A stretch of DNA of 61,063 nt from NCBI GenBank assembly GCA_015486845.1, contig WFQU01000049.1, positions 1 through 61,063 of the forward strand. The letters run 5' to 3'. The notes under the pieces were generated by a model. That model was not told where the DNA came from, did no database searches, and saw only the letters and a list, made by a program, of their open reading frames with translations. Of this stretch, positions 39,309-49,809 are shown one piece after another. The position numbers and the translations under genes were made by a program. The stretch's first letter is position 1, and each line of letters starts with the position of its first letter. The DNA is from Anaerolineae bacterium. GTDB lineage: Bacteria > Chloroflexota > Anaerolineae > JAADDB01.

Positions 39309-40928
39309 TTATAACTGTCCTCGTTTGATCTCGGCGACGATATGTTCCCCGGCCCGTAGCGCCAGCGCCTGGATGGTCAACGTCGGGTTCACCGAGCCGC
39401 CAGTGGAAAAGATGCTGCTGTCTGCAATGAACAGATTGGGAACGTCGTGGGTTTGCCCCCACTGGTTGACGACCGAGTTGGCCGGATCGGTGCCCATGCG
39501 GCAAGTGCCCATGTAATGGCTGCTGCCGCCGGGGGTGTAAGTCGGCTCGATGACCAGTTCGGCTGCGCCGGCTGCGTCCCAAAGCTGTTTCATCTTCTGT
39601 TGGATGTCGGCGATGAGCCTGCGATCATTTTCCCGCGGTTCGTTGGTGATGTGCGGCACCGGTAAACCGTAGCTATCCACCACCCGGCGATCCAATTCTA
39701 CCCGGTTGCGGCGGTCTGGCAGTTGTTCTCCTACGCTGCCGAGACCGACCAAATGCCCGAAAACTTCCTGCATCCGTTGCTTGTGCTTCATCCCCCAACC
39801 GGGCAGCCGCCGCGCCACCGAAATAGGCCATTGCCAGCCGTTATTGACTTCCAACGCGAAGCCGCGGCTGAAATCGTGGGCTGGATTCGTTTCGTAAAAA
39901 TCGTGGATGACCCCGCCGGCCGGTATCCCTTTGTAAGCGTCCAGCCGTTGTTCGAAATAGGCCCAACTGAAAACAGCGAGATGTTCCATGAAATAGCGCC
40001 CCACGATGCCGGAGGAATTGGCTAAGCCACGCCGGAAACGGTTGGACTGGGAAAGTAGCAACAGCCGCGGCGTTTCGATGGCGTTGCCGGCGACGATGAT
40101 CAACCGGGCCGGCTGTTCTCTTTCCTGGCCTTGCTCGTCGAAATAGATGACGCTGCGAGCCCGGCCACGCTTGTCCACCATGATCTCATGGGCCATCGCG
40201 TTGCTGATGATGGTCAGATTGCCGGTGGCTTCGGCAGCGGGAATAAAGACCACATCGGCGCTCCCTTTAGCTCGGATCAGGCAGCCAAAACGACACGTGC
40301 CGCAACCGGTAGCAGCCGGTCGGCCGCGCCAGGGTTGGGAAGGCATGGCGACAGGGGAAGGTATCAGGTGCCAGCCTAATTTGTTGGCGCCCTTCTTTAA
40401 AACTTGGCTGCCACAGTTCCAGGGATGGGGTGGGGTGGGGAACGGTTTGCTGCGCCGCGGTGCGAAAGGATTGCCGTCATCCGTGCCGGAAGCGCCGATG
40501 AGCTGTTCCACCTGCGTGTAGTACGGTTCCAACTCGTCGTAAGTCAACGGCCAATCCACGGCGATGCCTTCCCCACTGTGCAAACGAAAATCGGATGGGT
40601 GTAGCCGGGGAATGACGCCCACGAAAGCCAAAGTGGAACCGCCAACTCCTTTGACGCGGGTGTAATTGAACCAGCGCTTGCTGCCCCAGGTGTAACGATC
40701 CCGAGCTGGGGTGGGGGGATCGAAAACGTGCGGCGCAGTAACCTCGAAATCAGGGCGCCAGGTGGTGTATTGGCCGGGGTTGAAGCGAGGGCCGGCTTCC
40801 AGTATTACAACTTTGAGCCCTGCTTCGGTTAATACTTTGGCTACCGCGGCGCCGCCAGCGCCGGCACCAACGATGCAGACGTCGACCGGCGCTTCCTTTT
40901 TTTGCCAGAAGAAAGATGTCATGCTCAT
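39309..40928 (-). CDS. GMC-family flavoprotein oxidoreductase
   Basis: VGAGAGG, GVGGST, Cys cluster GCGTCRFGC, ETPRLLL, HYMGTCRMG, NPTLTI. Confidence 0.92.
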   Translation of the reverse strand: MSMTSFFWQKKEAPVDVCIVGAGAGGAAVAKVLTEAGLKVVILEAGPRFNPGQYTTWRPDFEVTAPHVFDPPTPARDRYTWGSKRWFNYTRVKGVGGSTLAFVGVIPRLHPSDFRLHSGEGIAVDWPLTYDELEPYYTQVEQLIGASGTDDGNPFAPRRSKPFPTPPHPWNCGSQVLKKGANKLGWHLIPSPVAMPSQPWRGRPAATGCGTCRFGCLIRAKGSADVVFIPAAEATGNLTIISNAMAHEIMVDKRGRARSVIYFDEQGQEREQPARLIIVAGNAIETPRLLLLSQSNRFRRGLANSSGIVGRYFMEHLAVFSWAYFEQRLDAYKGIPAGGVIHDFYETNPAHDFSRGFALEVNNGWQWPISVARRLPGWGMKHKQRMQEVFGHLVGLGSVGEQLPDRRNRVELDRRVVDSYGLPVPHITNEPRENDRRLIADIQQKMKQLWDAAGAAELVIEPTYTPGGSSHYMGTCRMGTDPANSVVNQWGQTHDVPNLFIADSSIFSTGGSVNPTLTIQALALRAGEHIVAEIKRGQL

Positions 40929-40933
40929 TGTGT

Positions 40934-41647
40934 TTAGCCCTCCACCGGCCGGAAAGGAAAATCAGAACGTTTTTGCGGCGGGCAGTGATCGATGATATTC
41001 CATTTGCCGCCGGCACCATCCCAATAGCCGCGCGGTTGCGGCGGTCCATCGTAGCCTAATGCTGGCCAACTGCGTGGATCACCGTAAACCGCCTCGAAAG
41101 TGTCGTCTCGAGCCAAAGCGAAGAATGTGACGCCGCTGCCTAAGCCGAAAAGATCGTTGTAGAGGATGTCGTATTTGCGCCAAGCCCGCTCCATGACGTT
41201 CACTGCCGGGTCTAAACGGCGGCTCAGTTCGGCGTCTGCTTGTTTTAATAGTGCCTCTTGTTGTTGCGTGGTCAAGTCGAGGAACCGTTTGCCTCGGCCG
41301 AAAGTGCGTGCTGCAGCCTGATCCAGCCAACGTAATCCTTGGCGATAGCGACGTTCCATGCTTTGGTGGCCATGGATGCGTTGTTCGATGGTGGTGGCGG
41401 CCTGCAGTGCTCCGGCCCCGGGAATGTTTTCCTCATCTGGCACGATGTGTGCCGTGAGTAGGCTCAGCGTGCGAAATTCATGCGCCGTGAAAAACGGTCC
41501 CGGTCCGGCGACAGTGGGCCGGACTATACCGACGCTGCGTTGGCGCAGCCATTCGTATTTGGCGGCAAAGTAAGCGATGATGACGCCGACGCTGCCACCC
41601 AAAGTGCCGGCGAGAAAGCCCCGCCGGGTGAGTTTTTTTTCTTTCAT
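40934..41647 (-). CDS. Tat-exported gluconate-2-dehydrogenase subunit-3-like protein
   Basis: TRRGFL twin-arginine motif, IVPDE..PGA, FLDLT..QQ, W..LGYDGPP. Confidence 0.82.
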   Translation of the reverse strand: MKEKKLTRRGFLAGTLGGSVGVIIAYFAAKYEWLRQRSVGIVRPTVAGPGPFFTAHEFRTLSLLTAHIVPDEENIPGAGALQAATTIEQRIHGHQSMERRYRQGLRWLDQAAARTFGRGKRFLDLTTQQQEALLKQADAELSRRLDPAVNVMERAWRKYDILYNDLFGLGSGVTFFALARDDTFEAVYGDPRSWPALGYDGPPQPRGYWDGAGGKWNIIDHCPPQKRSDFPFRPVEG

Positions 41648-41669
41648 CAATGTTTCTCCATAGTGCTGG

Positions 41670-43394
41670 CTACTTTTCCCTCCGGAAAATGTAAACATGG
41701 GGGTGGTCGAACAAATGAAACGTTAGCTCGGCAGCGTCATCGTTAATGGTTATGCCGCAGCAATCCGGGTAAGTTTTGAATGTTTTGATCACATTGAAAC
41801 CTAATTGTCCGTTTTGTAGCTTGGCGTAGAACGCATATTCGGCGGGGAAAAGGTGTGGTAATTTCAGGTAACGTCCCATCCAGGTATCGCTGAGCACAAT
41901 GTAGTCCACCCCCGTCAATGCGTGGTAAAGCTGCGCCTGCACTTGTGCCGGTGGTGGCGGGGTCGGGTTAAAGAAGGCCGGGTCTGTTTGTGCTGCCTGG
42001 CCGTAGTGGTCTAATACTTTGACGTGCAATTGTTTGATGTTGTAGCGTGTGTTCAACTGGTTGAACTTCAGTGTCGAATCCCGTTCTACCAGGACCGTGC
42101 TACCGGCCGGCAGGCGGCGTAAGTAGGCCAATGCCTGTAGCCGGGTGTCCGGCTGACGATAAATGTTCAAGTAGGCCAACGCATAAAAGGTTGTAGTGGT
42201 GACGGTCAAAGCGATCAGTACGCCGCTTGCCACTTTCTGCCAACGGATGCGGCTTTGCCAGAGAACGACCAGCCAACGGGCTGCCAGCAGCGCGAAAAAC
42301 GGTAAGAGCGGCAGGACGTAGCGGACGAATTTGGCATACCAGGAACCGATGATCAGTCCGTAAGGTAGCACCCAGGCCAGGATCAGCAGATCTTTTTGCT
42401 CTCCTTGCCATGCTTTGTAAACGGAATAGACGATGCCTACTAGACCGAGAATTTCCAGCAGCGGGCCTAAGCCCCAGAAAAGGGGGTTAACTAACTGATA
42501 GAGAAACGGCACGGTGTGGGCAAAGTGCATGGTGTAGAAGGGACGATAAACGCCTCGCACTACGTCGAACTGCGTGGCGATGGCGTAATTGGCATTGTGT
42601 TGCCAGTACGTGCCGGCTTGCAGGATTGGCCAAGGGTCAATAAGCAAGAATACGCCGACTGCGAGGGATACCATCCAGGCAAAATCGCGCGTCCAAAGCC
42701 GGCGCAATCGTAATTTCCAAGGCCGCAGTTGCCAGGCGTCGACCCGTAGCAAGTGGGCGACGAAAAGCGGCACTAAGAGCGGCAAGCCGGCCGCTTTGGT
42801 GGCTAAGGACAGCCCGGCTAAGAGCCCGGTCAACAGATAATCTTGCCGCCGGCCGTAAAGCAGCATGCCCGCGGCGGCGTACATGGCGAAGACGATCCAG
42901 CAGACCATCATGGTGTCTACGGCGTAGAAATGGCTTTCTCGCAGGGCCGAGACCGTGACGGCTAAGAAAAAGGCTGCCCAGAGGCCGACGAATTGATTCC
43001 AAAGGCGCCGGCCTAACAAATAGACGCCGTAAACAGTCAGTGTGCCGAGGAAGGCTGAGATGAGCCGGCCCACCAATAACATCGGCGCTGTATTAATGCC
43101 AAGCGGGTACCCGGTTATTTTGAGTAAAGCGTTTCCAGCTAACCAGAACAGCCAAAGCACATAAAATGGCAGTGAGCCGTACGTTGAGACTGCCGGATTG
43201 GGCCATCCGCCTTGCGCCACGCGCTGATTCATTTGCTGGGTCATGTTGATGACAAAATTCTCGTCGCCGTGAAAATCGTACGGGTAGCCCCATGCTAAGC
43301 CGTAAAAGCGAAGAATCGCAGCGAGGATAATGACAAACAGCACGATATATGGCAAATAATGTTGCCACAATGTTCTCTCTTGTTGCTTGACCAA
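41670..43394 (-). CDS. PMT/ArnT-like GT-C glycosyltransferase
   Basis: LRFYGL..G.....HGDE, GRLISA, SHFYAVD, RYVLPLLP; many TM helices. Confidence 0.85.
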   Translation of the reverse strand: MVKQQERTLWQHYLPYIVLFVIILAAILRFYGLAWGYPYDFHGDENFVINMTQQMNQRVAQGGWPNPAVSTYGSLPFYVLWLFWLAGNALLKITGYPLGINTAPMLLVGRLISAFLGTLTVYGVYLLGRRLWNQFVGLWAAFFLAVTVSALRESHFYAVDTMMVCWIVFAMYAAAGMLLYGRRQDYLLTGLLAGLSLATKAAGLPLLVPLFVAHLLRVDAWQLRPWKLRLRRLWTRDFAWMVSLAVGVFLLIDPWPILQAGTYWQHNANYAIATQFDVVRGVYRPFYTMHFAHTVPFLYQLVNPLFWGLGPLLEILGLVGIVYSVYKAWQGEQKDLLILAWVLPYGLIIGSWYAKFVRYVLPLLPFFALLAARWLVVLWQSRIRWQKVASGVLIALTVTTTTFYALAYLNIYRQPDTRLQALAYLRRLPAGSTVLVERDSTLKFNQLNTRYNIKQLHVKVLDHYGQAAQTDPAFFNPTPPPPAQVQAQLYHALTGVDYIVLSDTWMGRYLKLPHLFPAEYAFYAKLQNGQLGFNVIKTFKTYPDCCGITINDDAAELTFHLFDHPHVYIFRREK

Positions 43395-43559
43395 AAAGTA
43401 TCACTCCTTTTGTGCCTGAATAGGATAGAAGGGCTCTTGTAGCCCCGATGAGTAAGAAGTATACTTATCTTTGGGAAATAGCTCAAACGGTAAAGGTGGG
43501 TGCTGGAGGGGGGGAAGTAGAGAGAGGAAAATGGATGGTGCCTGGTAGGGGGGGGCGAA

Positions 43560-44040
43560 ATGTCTTGGCTTTCGCTGCTTTGTGTGAGAAAATTTTTCCT
43601 CTGTCCTATTTCAGAAGTTCAACTTCTTCAAGAAGTTGAACTTCTAATCAATGGTCCGGCGATTAGAAATCGCTGCTACAACTGCGAAACCTGCCTGCGC
43701 AGGTTACATGCTAATCGCCGTAGGGCGATTTTGCAGATGTTGCCGTGACTTTTAGTCGCTGGGCCCGGAGTAATCGTCCCCCCGGGCCCCCAAGAAAGAT
43801 GATACACGCTGATACACGCTGATCTAAGTTGAACGAATACTAATAAATATGCTAAGATTGACAGTCTGTGGTTAATGCGTTGTCAGGTATTATGTACGGG
43901 TCTTGGCGCTGTGATAAAGTAATGGGTTGATTATCTTTACGTTTTGTACAACCGATTGAATCTTCTCAATAACTTGGGGAACGCTCCTGGGCCCCCAATT
44001 CTGGGGGAGCATATCCCCTAAAGTTGGGAAAAAAGGGGGC
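43560..44040. repeat. Mosaic repeat array between divergent genes
   Basis: CTATTTCAGAAG junction into double palindrome 43613-43645, GCGATTAGAAATCGC module (39 nt identical to 61025-61063), GATACACGCT x2, CCCCCAATTCTGGGGG. Confidence 0.82.
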
Positions 44041-44116
44041 ATGACGTTCGGTTCACACCGAAGTATTGAGAAGAAACCACCGACTCTTGTTAGTCTGTCA
44101 GTGAGGAATAATTGGC

Positions 44117-47100
44117 ATGCTTTTCATCATCTTATTGTTCGTCGGTGCTGTACTTACTTTACTGTTGCTGCTTTATACACTGCCGCGCGCCTCTACGCCT
44201 TCGATTAAAGCATTTGTACTCCTCTTAGGGGCCATGGAGTGGTGGTCTGTGACCTATGCATTGGAATTGCTCTCGCCTTCCCTTTCGATGACAATCTTCT
44301 GGAGCAAATTGGAGTATTTGGGCATCGCGACGATGCCACCATTTTGGTTGGTCTTTGCGTTAGGATACAGTCAATATGAACGCTGGCTGACACGACGCCG
44401 TTTGATAGCTCTTGGTATTATTCCAGCTGTCACCATCTTGCTGGTTTTTACCAATGAATACCATCATTTGATTTGGACGCATATTTCCTTGAATAGAAAT
44501 GCGTCTGTGCCGCTATTTGTCGCTCAATACGGCGCCTGGTTTTGGGTTCATACCACTTTTTCTTATCTTTGTCTAATAGTGGGCATTGTCGTCCTGTCGC
44601 GCCGGTTATGGCGTGTAGCTGGCCTTTATCGTGTTCAAACGATTGTGCTTATCTTGGGCATTGTTGTGGCTGTTCTGGGCAACATAATTTATGTAGCCAA
44701 GATTATCCCGTTGGCCGGTCTGGATATCACACCGTTGACCTTCATTATATCGGTTACTTTTCTCAGCGCGGGTATCTTTGGCTTTAATCTGGTTGATATT
44801 GTGCCCGTTGCTCGGCATACGGTTGTGGAAAAGATGTCCGAGGCTGTGATTTCTATAGATGACCATCAGCGTATCATTGACCTCAACCCGGCTGCTGCCC
44901 GGCTGGCAAAACGCTCTCGTGCTTCTTTGCTGGGGCAAGACGCCTCGCTGATTCCTTGGCTAACGAATTTCATAGCAAGCCGCCGTGAAGTCAACGAAGT
45001 TCGCATTGATGAGCGTGTTTATGAGATGACGCACACGCTTTTACGCGATGAAAAGGAGAGATTATTAGGCGGCATTATCGTGTCGCGGGATATAACGCAG
45101 CATAAGCGAATAGAAACGAGTTTGGCTTGGCGTACGAAGTTGGCTGAGCACCAAATGACTATCGCGCGTGCTTCTCTACAAAGTATCGATCCGGCCGAAG
45201 CTTTGCAGCGCGTTTTGGAAGCATTGGTTAAAGCCACGACCGCTGAGGCCGGTCAGCTCCTTTTGCTGCGTGAGGATGCTGTCGTCCGTCGCCAATTCAT
45301 TGTTTCTGATGCCAAGTTGCCTTTTCCCGAGGGTTCATCTTTGCCGGAAAGTCTCAGGAAGCGGCTACGAGATCAGTCTACTTTGCGTGTCTCGGATTTA
45401 CAAAAGGAAGCCTTTCTTTTCACTGATCAAGATATGACGCTGGATGACCAATCTGTCCTCGTTATGCCGATCCGTGAAAAAGCGGCTTTGGCTGGCGTGG
45501 TTATCCTATGGCACACCCAGCCGGAATATTTCACCGCCTTTCACCAACAATTACTGACGCAAATGAAAGACTATTTCGTTGTTTTGTTGCGTAATGCTAA
45601 AATTTCGGAGGCGGAACGGCAATCTGCTGCCAGGCAAGCATTGCTCTACGATTTGTTACACAGGGTGGCCAGCCAATTAGACCTGGATGTGTTGTTACAG
45701 GTCGCAGTGACGGCGATAGCGGATGCTACAGGCTGGCCCAGTGTGGCTATTGTCATCCCTGATAAACTCAAGCACAGATTTGTCGTGCGGGCCATTGCCG
45801 GGGAGGTCGTTATTCCACCTGGTTGGAGCATGCCCATCGATCGAGGTGTTATTGGGCGTGCTTACCGCACCGGTAAAACACAAAATGTGCCCGATGTTGG
45901 TACGGATGTGGACTATATGGTCGTTGCTTCCCAATTACGCAGCGAATTAGCTATCCCGATTTGGCGGCACCGCGGTGCGAGCCAAGTAGAAATTCTTGGT
46001 ATTCTTGATTTTGAAAGTGATCACTATGCTGCTTTTCAAGCAGAAGATACCGTATTAGGCGAATCCATTGCTGATTCGTTGGCGTTAGCCATCGAGAATG
46101 CCACATTATACCAGGAAGCACGGCAGCGAGCGGCGCAGGAGGCGGCCCTAAACACAGTGATCGCTGCCCTCAATCGCTCGGAAGATTTGATGGACATCCT
46201 CCAGGTCGGTCTGCGGCAGGCGTTATCGGCAACTAACCTGCCCATGGGCGCCATTTATCTGCGCCAGGATGGTGGTGATGACCTCCTCCTTGCCGCTTCA
46301 CAAGGGCTACCCAAGGCAATGGCCGTAGCGGTGCGTCACCATGCCTGGGGAGAAGGCATTACTGGCCAGGCTGCTGCCCAAAGACAGGATATCGTTGTCT
46401 CCGATTTGCAACAAGTGTTACCGGTAGAACAGCGTGATTTGGCGGTAAGGCTCTCTATACGATCACAGATTAGTTTGCCTTTGTGGGCCGGCCATGACGT
46501 TACTGGCGTGTTCACGGTCAACGATACACAGCCCCATTCTTTCACTGAAAGTGAGCACGTACTTTTGCGCGCGTTGGCCGATCAATTTGGTATTGCTATT
46601 GAACGAACACGGCTTTTCGAGGCCGTAGCCAACAAGCAGCGTCAGTTGCAAGCCATGATCAATGCCAGCCGGGACGGCATCTTGATGATTACGAACGACA
46701 TGATCATCACAGAAATGAACCCGGCCGCTCGCGAATTGCTGGATCTGCCCGGCAAGCCCCAGGATTGGATAGGGCGGTCAGGATGGCAGGCATGGCGTGT
46801 TTTGCGTCATACGGCGCCTGAAGCTGTACGCGCCTCCATTCGCGATATTCGTCGTGTTAAAAAAGAAGATGGGCCAGTTTCAGGCGAGTTCATTGTCAAC
46901 GGAAGGCCAACACGAACGCTACACTACCTCAACGTTCCGGTGCAAGCGGGTTCCGTTTCTTTGGGCCGGCTCGTCGTATTGCATGATGTCACCGAAGAGC
47001 GGGCTTTGGAAACGATGCGTGAAGACTTGACGCATATGGTCGTACATGACTTGCGCAATCCTTTGGCCGGCATTATTGGTACATTGGAGGTTTTGCAGCA

Positions 47101-47695
47101 GTTTCCTGAGACTTTATTGGAAGAAGACGGCGAGGAAGTGTTGCAAGTCGCCCAGTTGACGGCGGAACAAATGCGCACGTTGATTAATTCGATCTTGGAC
47201 ATCAACCAGTTAGAACATGGCCGGATGCCGGTGGACTGTACGCCTTTGATGTTAGCACCATTGGTCGCAAGTATCGTTCAATTGCGTCGGCCACTCGTAT
47301 CTCGCCAAGCGGTAAAAGTGGAAAACGAATTGTCTCCTTCGTTGCCGCCGGCCTGGGCAGACAGACGGTTGGTGGAACGGGTTTTGCAAAACCTGTTGGA
47401 CAATGCTATTAAATTCACGCCGGCCGGCGGCTATGTGCACATTTCTGGGCACGCGGAACATGACGAATTGGTCATATCGGTCGCCAATAGTGGTCCTGGC
47501 ATTTCGCCTGAACAACAAAGACAACTATTCCAAAAATTCGCAGCGGGCCAACACGGCGCACATGGCAACGGCTTAGGCCTGGCTTTTTGTAAATTGGCGA
47601 TCGAGACGCAAAACGGCCGCATCTGGATCGAGAGTGAGCCGGGGCAAGAAACTATAGCTACATTTACGTTACCTCTGTACCACGAAACCCTTTGA
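44117..47695 (+). CDS. Sensor histidine kinase (7TM, PAS, 3 GAF, PAS, HisKA, HATPase)
   Basis: N-terminal 7TM region, HDLRNPL H-box, NLLDNAIKF N-box, GNGLGLAFC G2-box. Confidence 0.93.
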   Translation: MLFIILLFVGAVLTLLLLLYTLPRASTPSIKAFVLLLGAMEWWSVTYALELLSPSLSMTIFWSKLEYLGIATMPPFWLVFALGYSQYERWLTRRRLIALGIIPAVTILLVFTNEYHHLIWTHISLNRNASVPLFVAQYGAWFWVHTTFSYLCLIVGIVVLSRRLWRVAGLYRVQTIVLILGIVVAVLGNIIYVAKIIPLAGLDITPLTFIISVTFLSAGIFGFNLVDIVPVARHTVVEKMSEAVISIDDHQRIIDLNPAAARLAKRSRASLLGQDASLIPWLTNFIASRREVNEVRIDERVYEMTHTLLRDEKERLLGGIIVSRDITQHKRIETSLAWRTKLAEHQMTIARASLQSIDPAEALQRVLEALVKATTAEAGQLLLLREDAVVRRQFIVSDAKLPFPEGSSLPESLRKRLRDQSTLRVSDLQKEAFLFTDQDMTLDDQSVLVMPIREKAALAGVVILWHTQPEYFTAFHQQLLTQMKDYFVVLLRNAKISEAERQSAARQALLYDLLHRVASQLDLDVLLQVAVTAIADATGWPSVAIVIPDKLKHRFVVRAIAGEVVIPPGWSMPIDRGVIGRAYRTGKTQNVPDVGTDVDYMVVASQLRSELAIPIWRHRGASQVEILGILDFESDHYAAFQAEDTVLGESIADSLALAIENATLYQEARQRAAQEAALNTVIAALNRSEDLMDILQVGLRQALSATNLPMGAIYLRQDGGDDLLLAASQGLPKAMAVAVRHHAWGEGITGQAAAQRQDIVVSDLQQVLPVEQRDLAVRLSIRSQISLPLWAGHDVTGVFTVNDTQPHSFTESEHVLLRALADQFGIAIERTRLFEAVANKQRQLQAMINASRDGILMITNDMIITEMNPAARELLDLPGKPQDWIGRSGWQAWRVLRHTAPEAVRASIRDIRRVKKEDGPVSGEFIVNGRPTRTLHYLNVPVQAGSVSLGRLVVLHDVTEERALETMREDLTHMVVHDLRNPLAGIIGTLEVLQQFPETLLEEDGEEVLQVAQLTAEQMRTLINSILDINQLEHGRMPVDCTPLMLAPLVASIVQLRRPLVSRQAVKVENELSPSLPPAWADRRLVERVLQNLLDNAIKFTPAGGYVHISGHAEHDELVISVANSGPGISPEQQRQLFQKFAAGQHGAHGNGLGLAFCKLAIETQNGRIWIESEPGQETIATFTLPLYHETL

Positions 47696-47737
47696 AATTC
47701 TGTTCTTGCTATCATTATTCCGCATGCGCCTATTTTA

Positions 47738-47765
47738 TTGACCTTTTTCCCATTGTGTTTATAAT
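47738..47765 (+). promoter_or_regulatory. Putative promoter of the ABC operon
   Basis: TTGACC, 16 nt, TATAAT. Confidence 0.55.
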
Positions 47766-47911
47766 GGCAGTGTGTATGTCGAACGTGGTTGTAGTGATTT
47801 CTATTTTGGGCGGTTTACGAGGAGGTGATGCGGCTCTATTGGATAATGGGATAGTGCACCCTGTTGGTTGTAATCGGTGGTTACTGGATTATCACATTAA
47901 GGAGGAGTAGA

Positions 47912-49570
47912 ATGCGACGGACAAGATTATTCAGTTTGATAGTCGTAACAATCATGTTATTGAGTGTTCTGGCCGCGTGTGGCCCTAAAGCTACGCCGAC
48001 CGCAGCACCGGCCCCAACCAAGGCCCCGACCCAAGCACCTGCGCCCACAAAGGTACCAACTAAGGCACCGACGGTGGCTCCGACGAAGGCTGTGGAAGAA
48101 AAGCCTATTGTCATTGGCACAACGGACAAGGTGACCGTGCTTGATCCGGCGGACTCCTATGATTTCCACACTTGGGAGATCCATCACAACACGATGGATA
48201 CGCTGTTGCATTACAAGCCGGGTACCACGAATTTGGAGCCAGGTATTGCTGCCGCGATGCCTACCGTCAGTGCTGATGGCAAAACGTATACCTTCAAAAT
48301 TCGTCCCGGCCTCAAGTTCCCCAGTGGCGCACCGGTAGATGCTAAAGCCGTGAAATGGTCCATTGATCGCGTGATTAAATTGAAAGGCGATCCAAATTGG
48401 TTGGTCACGAGTTTTGTGGATCATGTGGATGTTGTTGATCCCTTGACGGTCAACTTCGTGCTCAAGAATCCGGTGAACTATTTCCCCATGTTGGTCGCAA
48501 CGCAGCCTTATTCGCCGTTGGATTCGACCTGTTATCCCGCTGATAAATTCGCTCCGGATAGCACGTGTGGTGGTTATGGCCCGTACAAGATCACGAAATG
48601 GGTGCGTGATGTAGAACTGGATTTGGAAGCCTATCCTGGCTATAAAGGTAGTTTTCAGCCGCAGACTAAAAAGATCATCATGAAATATTTCTCTGACCCA
48701 ACGACGATGCGTTTGGCCTTGGAGAATGGTGAGATTGATGTAGCGACGAAGAAGCTGAATCCTACCGACTACGAGGATTTGAAGAGCAACCCGAAATTGC
48801 AGGTTATCAAGGGCCCCGGCTCACTGATCCGCTACATTTGCTTTAATGTCAAAACAGCGCCATTCGATCAGGTGAAAGTGCGCGATGCGATTGCCGCTGC
48901 CGTCGATCGGAATGCCATTGCTTCGAAAGCATTTTTGGGCACGCACGATCCGCTTTACTCCATGGTACCCATGGGCATGTGGAGTCATATCGATGCGTTC
49001 AAGACCAAGTACGGGACGCGGAATCTGGATCTGGCTAAGAAGCTGCTCACCGAGGCCGGCTTCAGCGCCGACAAGCCGCTGAAGATGGATCTCTGGTGGA
49101 CGCCTTCCCATTATGGTGCCACGGAATCGGATGTTGTTTCCGTGCTGAAGAACTCGCTGGAAGAGACCGGTATGATCAAGGTTAGCTTGCAAAGCGCCGA
49201 GTGGTCTACGTACAAGCAATACATGAATGCGGGCAGTATGCCAGTCTTCATGTTGGGCTGGTACCCGGATTACCTGGATCCTGATGATTATACTGCTCCG
49301 TTCGCCGAGACGGGTGCATCGAATGATATGGGCATTTTCTACAGCAATCCGGCCATGGATAAGCTTATCAAAGCCGGTCGTGACGCTAAAGAGCTTCGTG
49401 GTGCTAATCGCGAGAAAGTCTACGAGGATATGCAAACCTTGTGGGCGACTGAAGCGCCGACCATTCCTCTGACCCAAGGTTCTTTAATTGTTGTGGCGCA
49501 GAAGAATATTACCGGCGTCGTTTTGGACCCGAACATGTTGGTGCATTACTTCTTGCTCAAGCGAAAGTAA
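47912..49570 (+). CDS. Peptide ABC transporter substrate-binding lipoprotein (family 5)
   Basis: Lipobox LAAC, Pro/Thr/Ala linker, LDPA, YTFKIR, GWYPDYLDPD; AAGGAGG SD before ATG 47912. Confidence 0.92.
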   Translation: MRRTRLFSLIVVTIMLLSVLAACGPKATPTAAPAPTKAPTQAPAPTKVPTKAPTVAPTKAVEEKPIVIGTTDKVTVLDPADSYDFHTWEIHHNTMDTLLHYKPGTTNLEPGIAAAMPTVSADGKTYTFKIRPGLKFPSGAPVDAKAVKWSIDRVIKLKGDPNWLVTSFVDHVDVVDPLTVNFVLKNPVNYFPMLVATQPYSPLDSTCYPADKFAPDSTCGGYGPYKITKWVRDVELDLEAYPGYKGSFQPQTKKIIMKYFSDPTTMRLALENGEIDVATKKLNPTDYEDLKSNPKLQVIKGPGSLIRYICFNVKTAPFDQVKVRDAIAAAVDRNAIASKAFLGTHDPLYSMVPMGMWSHIDAFKTKYGTRNLDLAKKLLTEAGFSADKPLKMDLWWTPSHYGATESDVVSVLKNSLEETGMIKVSLQSAEWSTYKQYMNAGSMPVFMLGWYPDYLDPDDYTAPFAETGASNDMGIFYSNPAMDKLIKAGRDAKELRGANREKVYEDMQTLWATEAPTIPLTQGSLIVVAQKNITGVVLDPNMLVHYFLLKRK

Positions 49571-49809
49571 AGCACGCTATTGATGATGGTTATGTGGGGC
49601 GACATCGACCTCGGTGCCGCCCCCTTATCCTATTATAAGAGATGTGTATTCTCTCTTTCTGGTTGTTTCGCTTGCAATAAAAATTCCTGTGTGGCAATGT
49701 AGTACGAACTTTGTCATTTAGACGTTGGACTGGACGAGTACTTTTCGACGATTCAGTTATAGCGTGGGGCAAGTTTGTGCCCTGATTGCCACTTTTGGAG
49801 CTAAAATTT

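Noticed and set aside
47990-48095. Tandem PTKAPT-like repeat
   Set aside because: Ordinary low-complexity lipoprotein linker
48821-49477. Long antisense ORFs (also 19583-20296, 55775-56413, 4551-5108)
   Set aside because: Shadows of well-supported genes on the opposite strand
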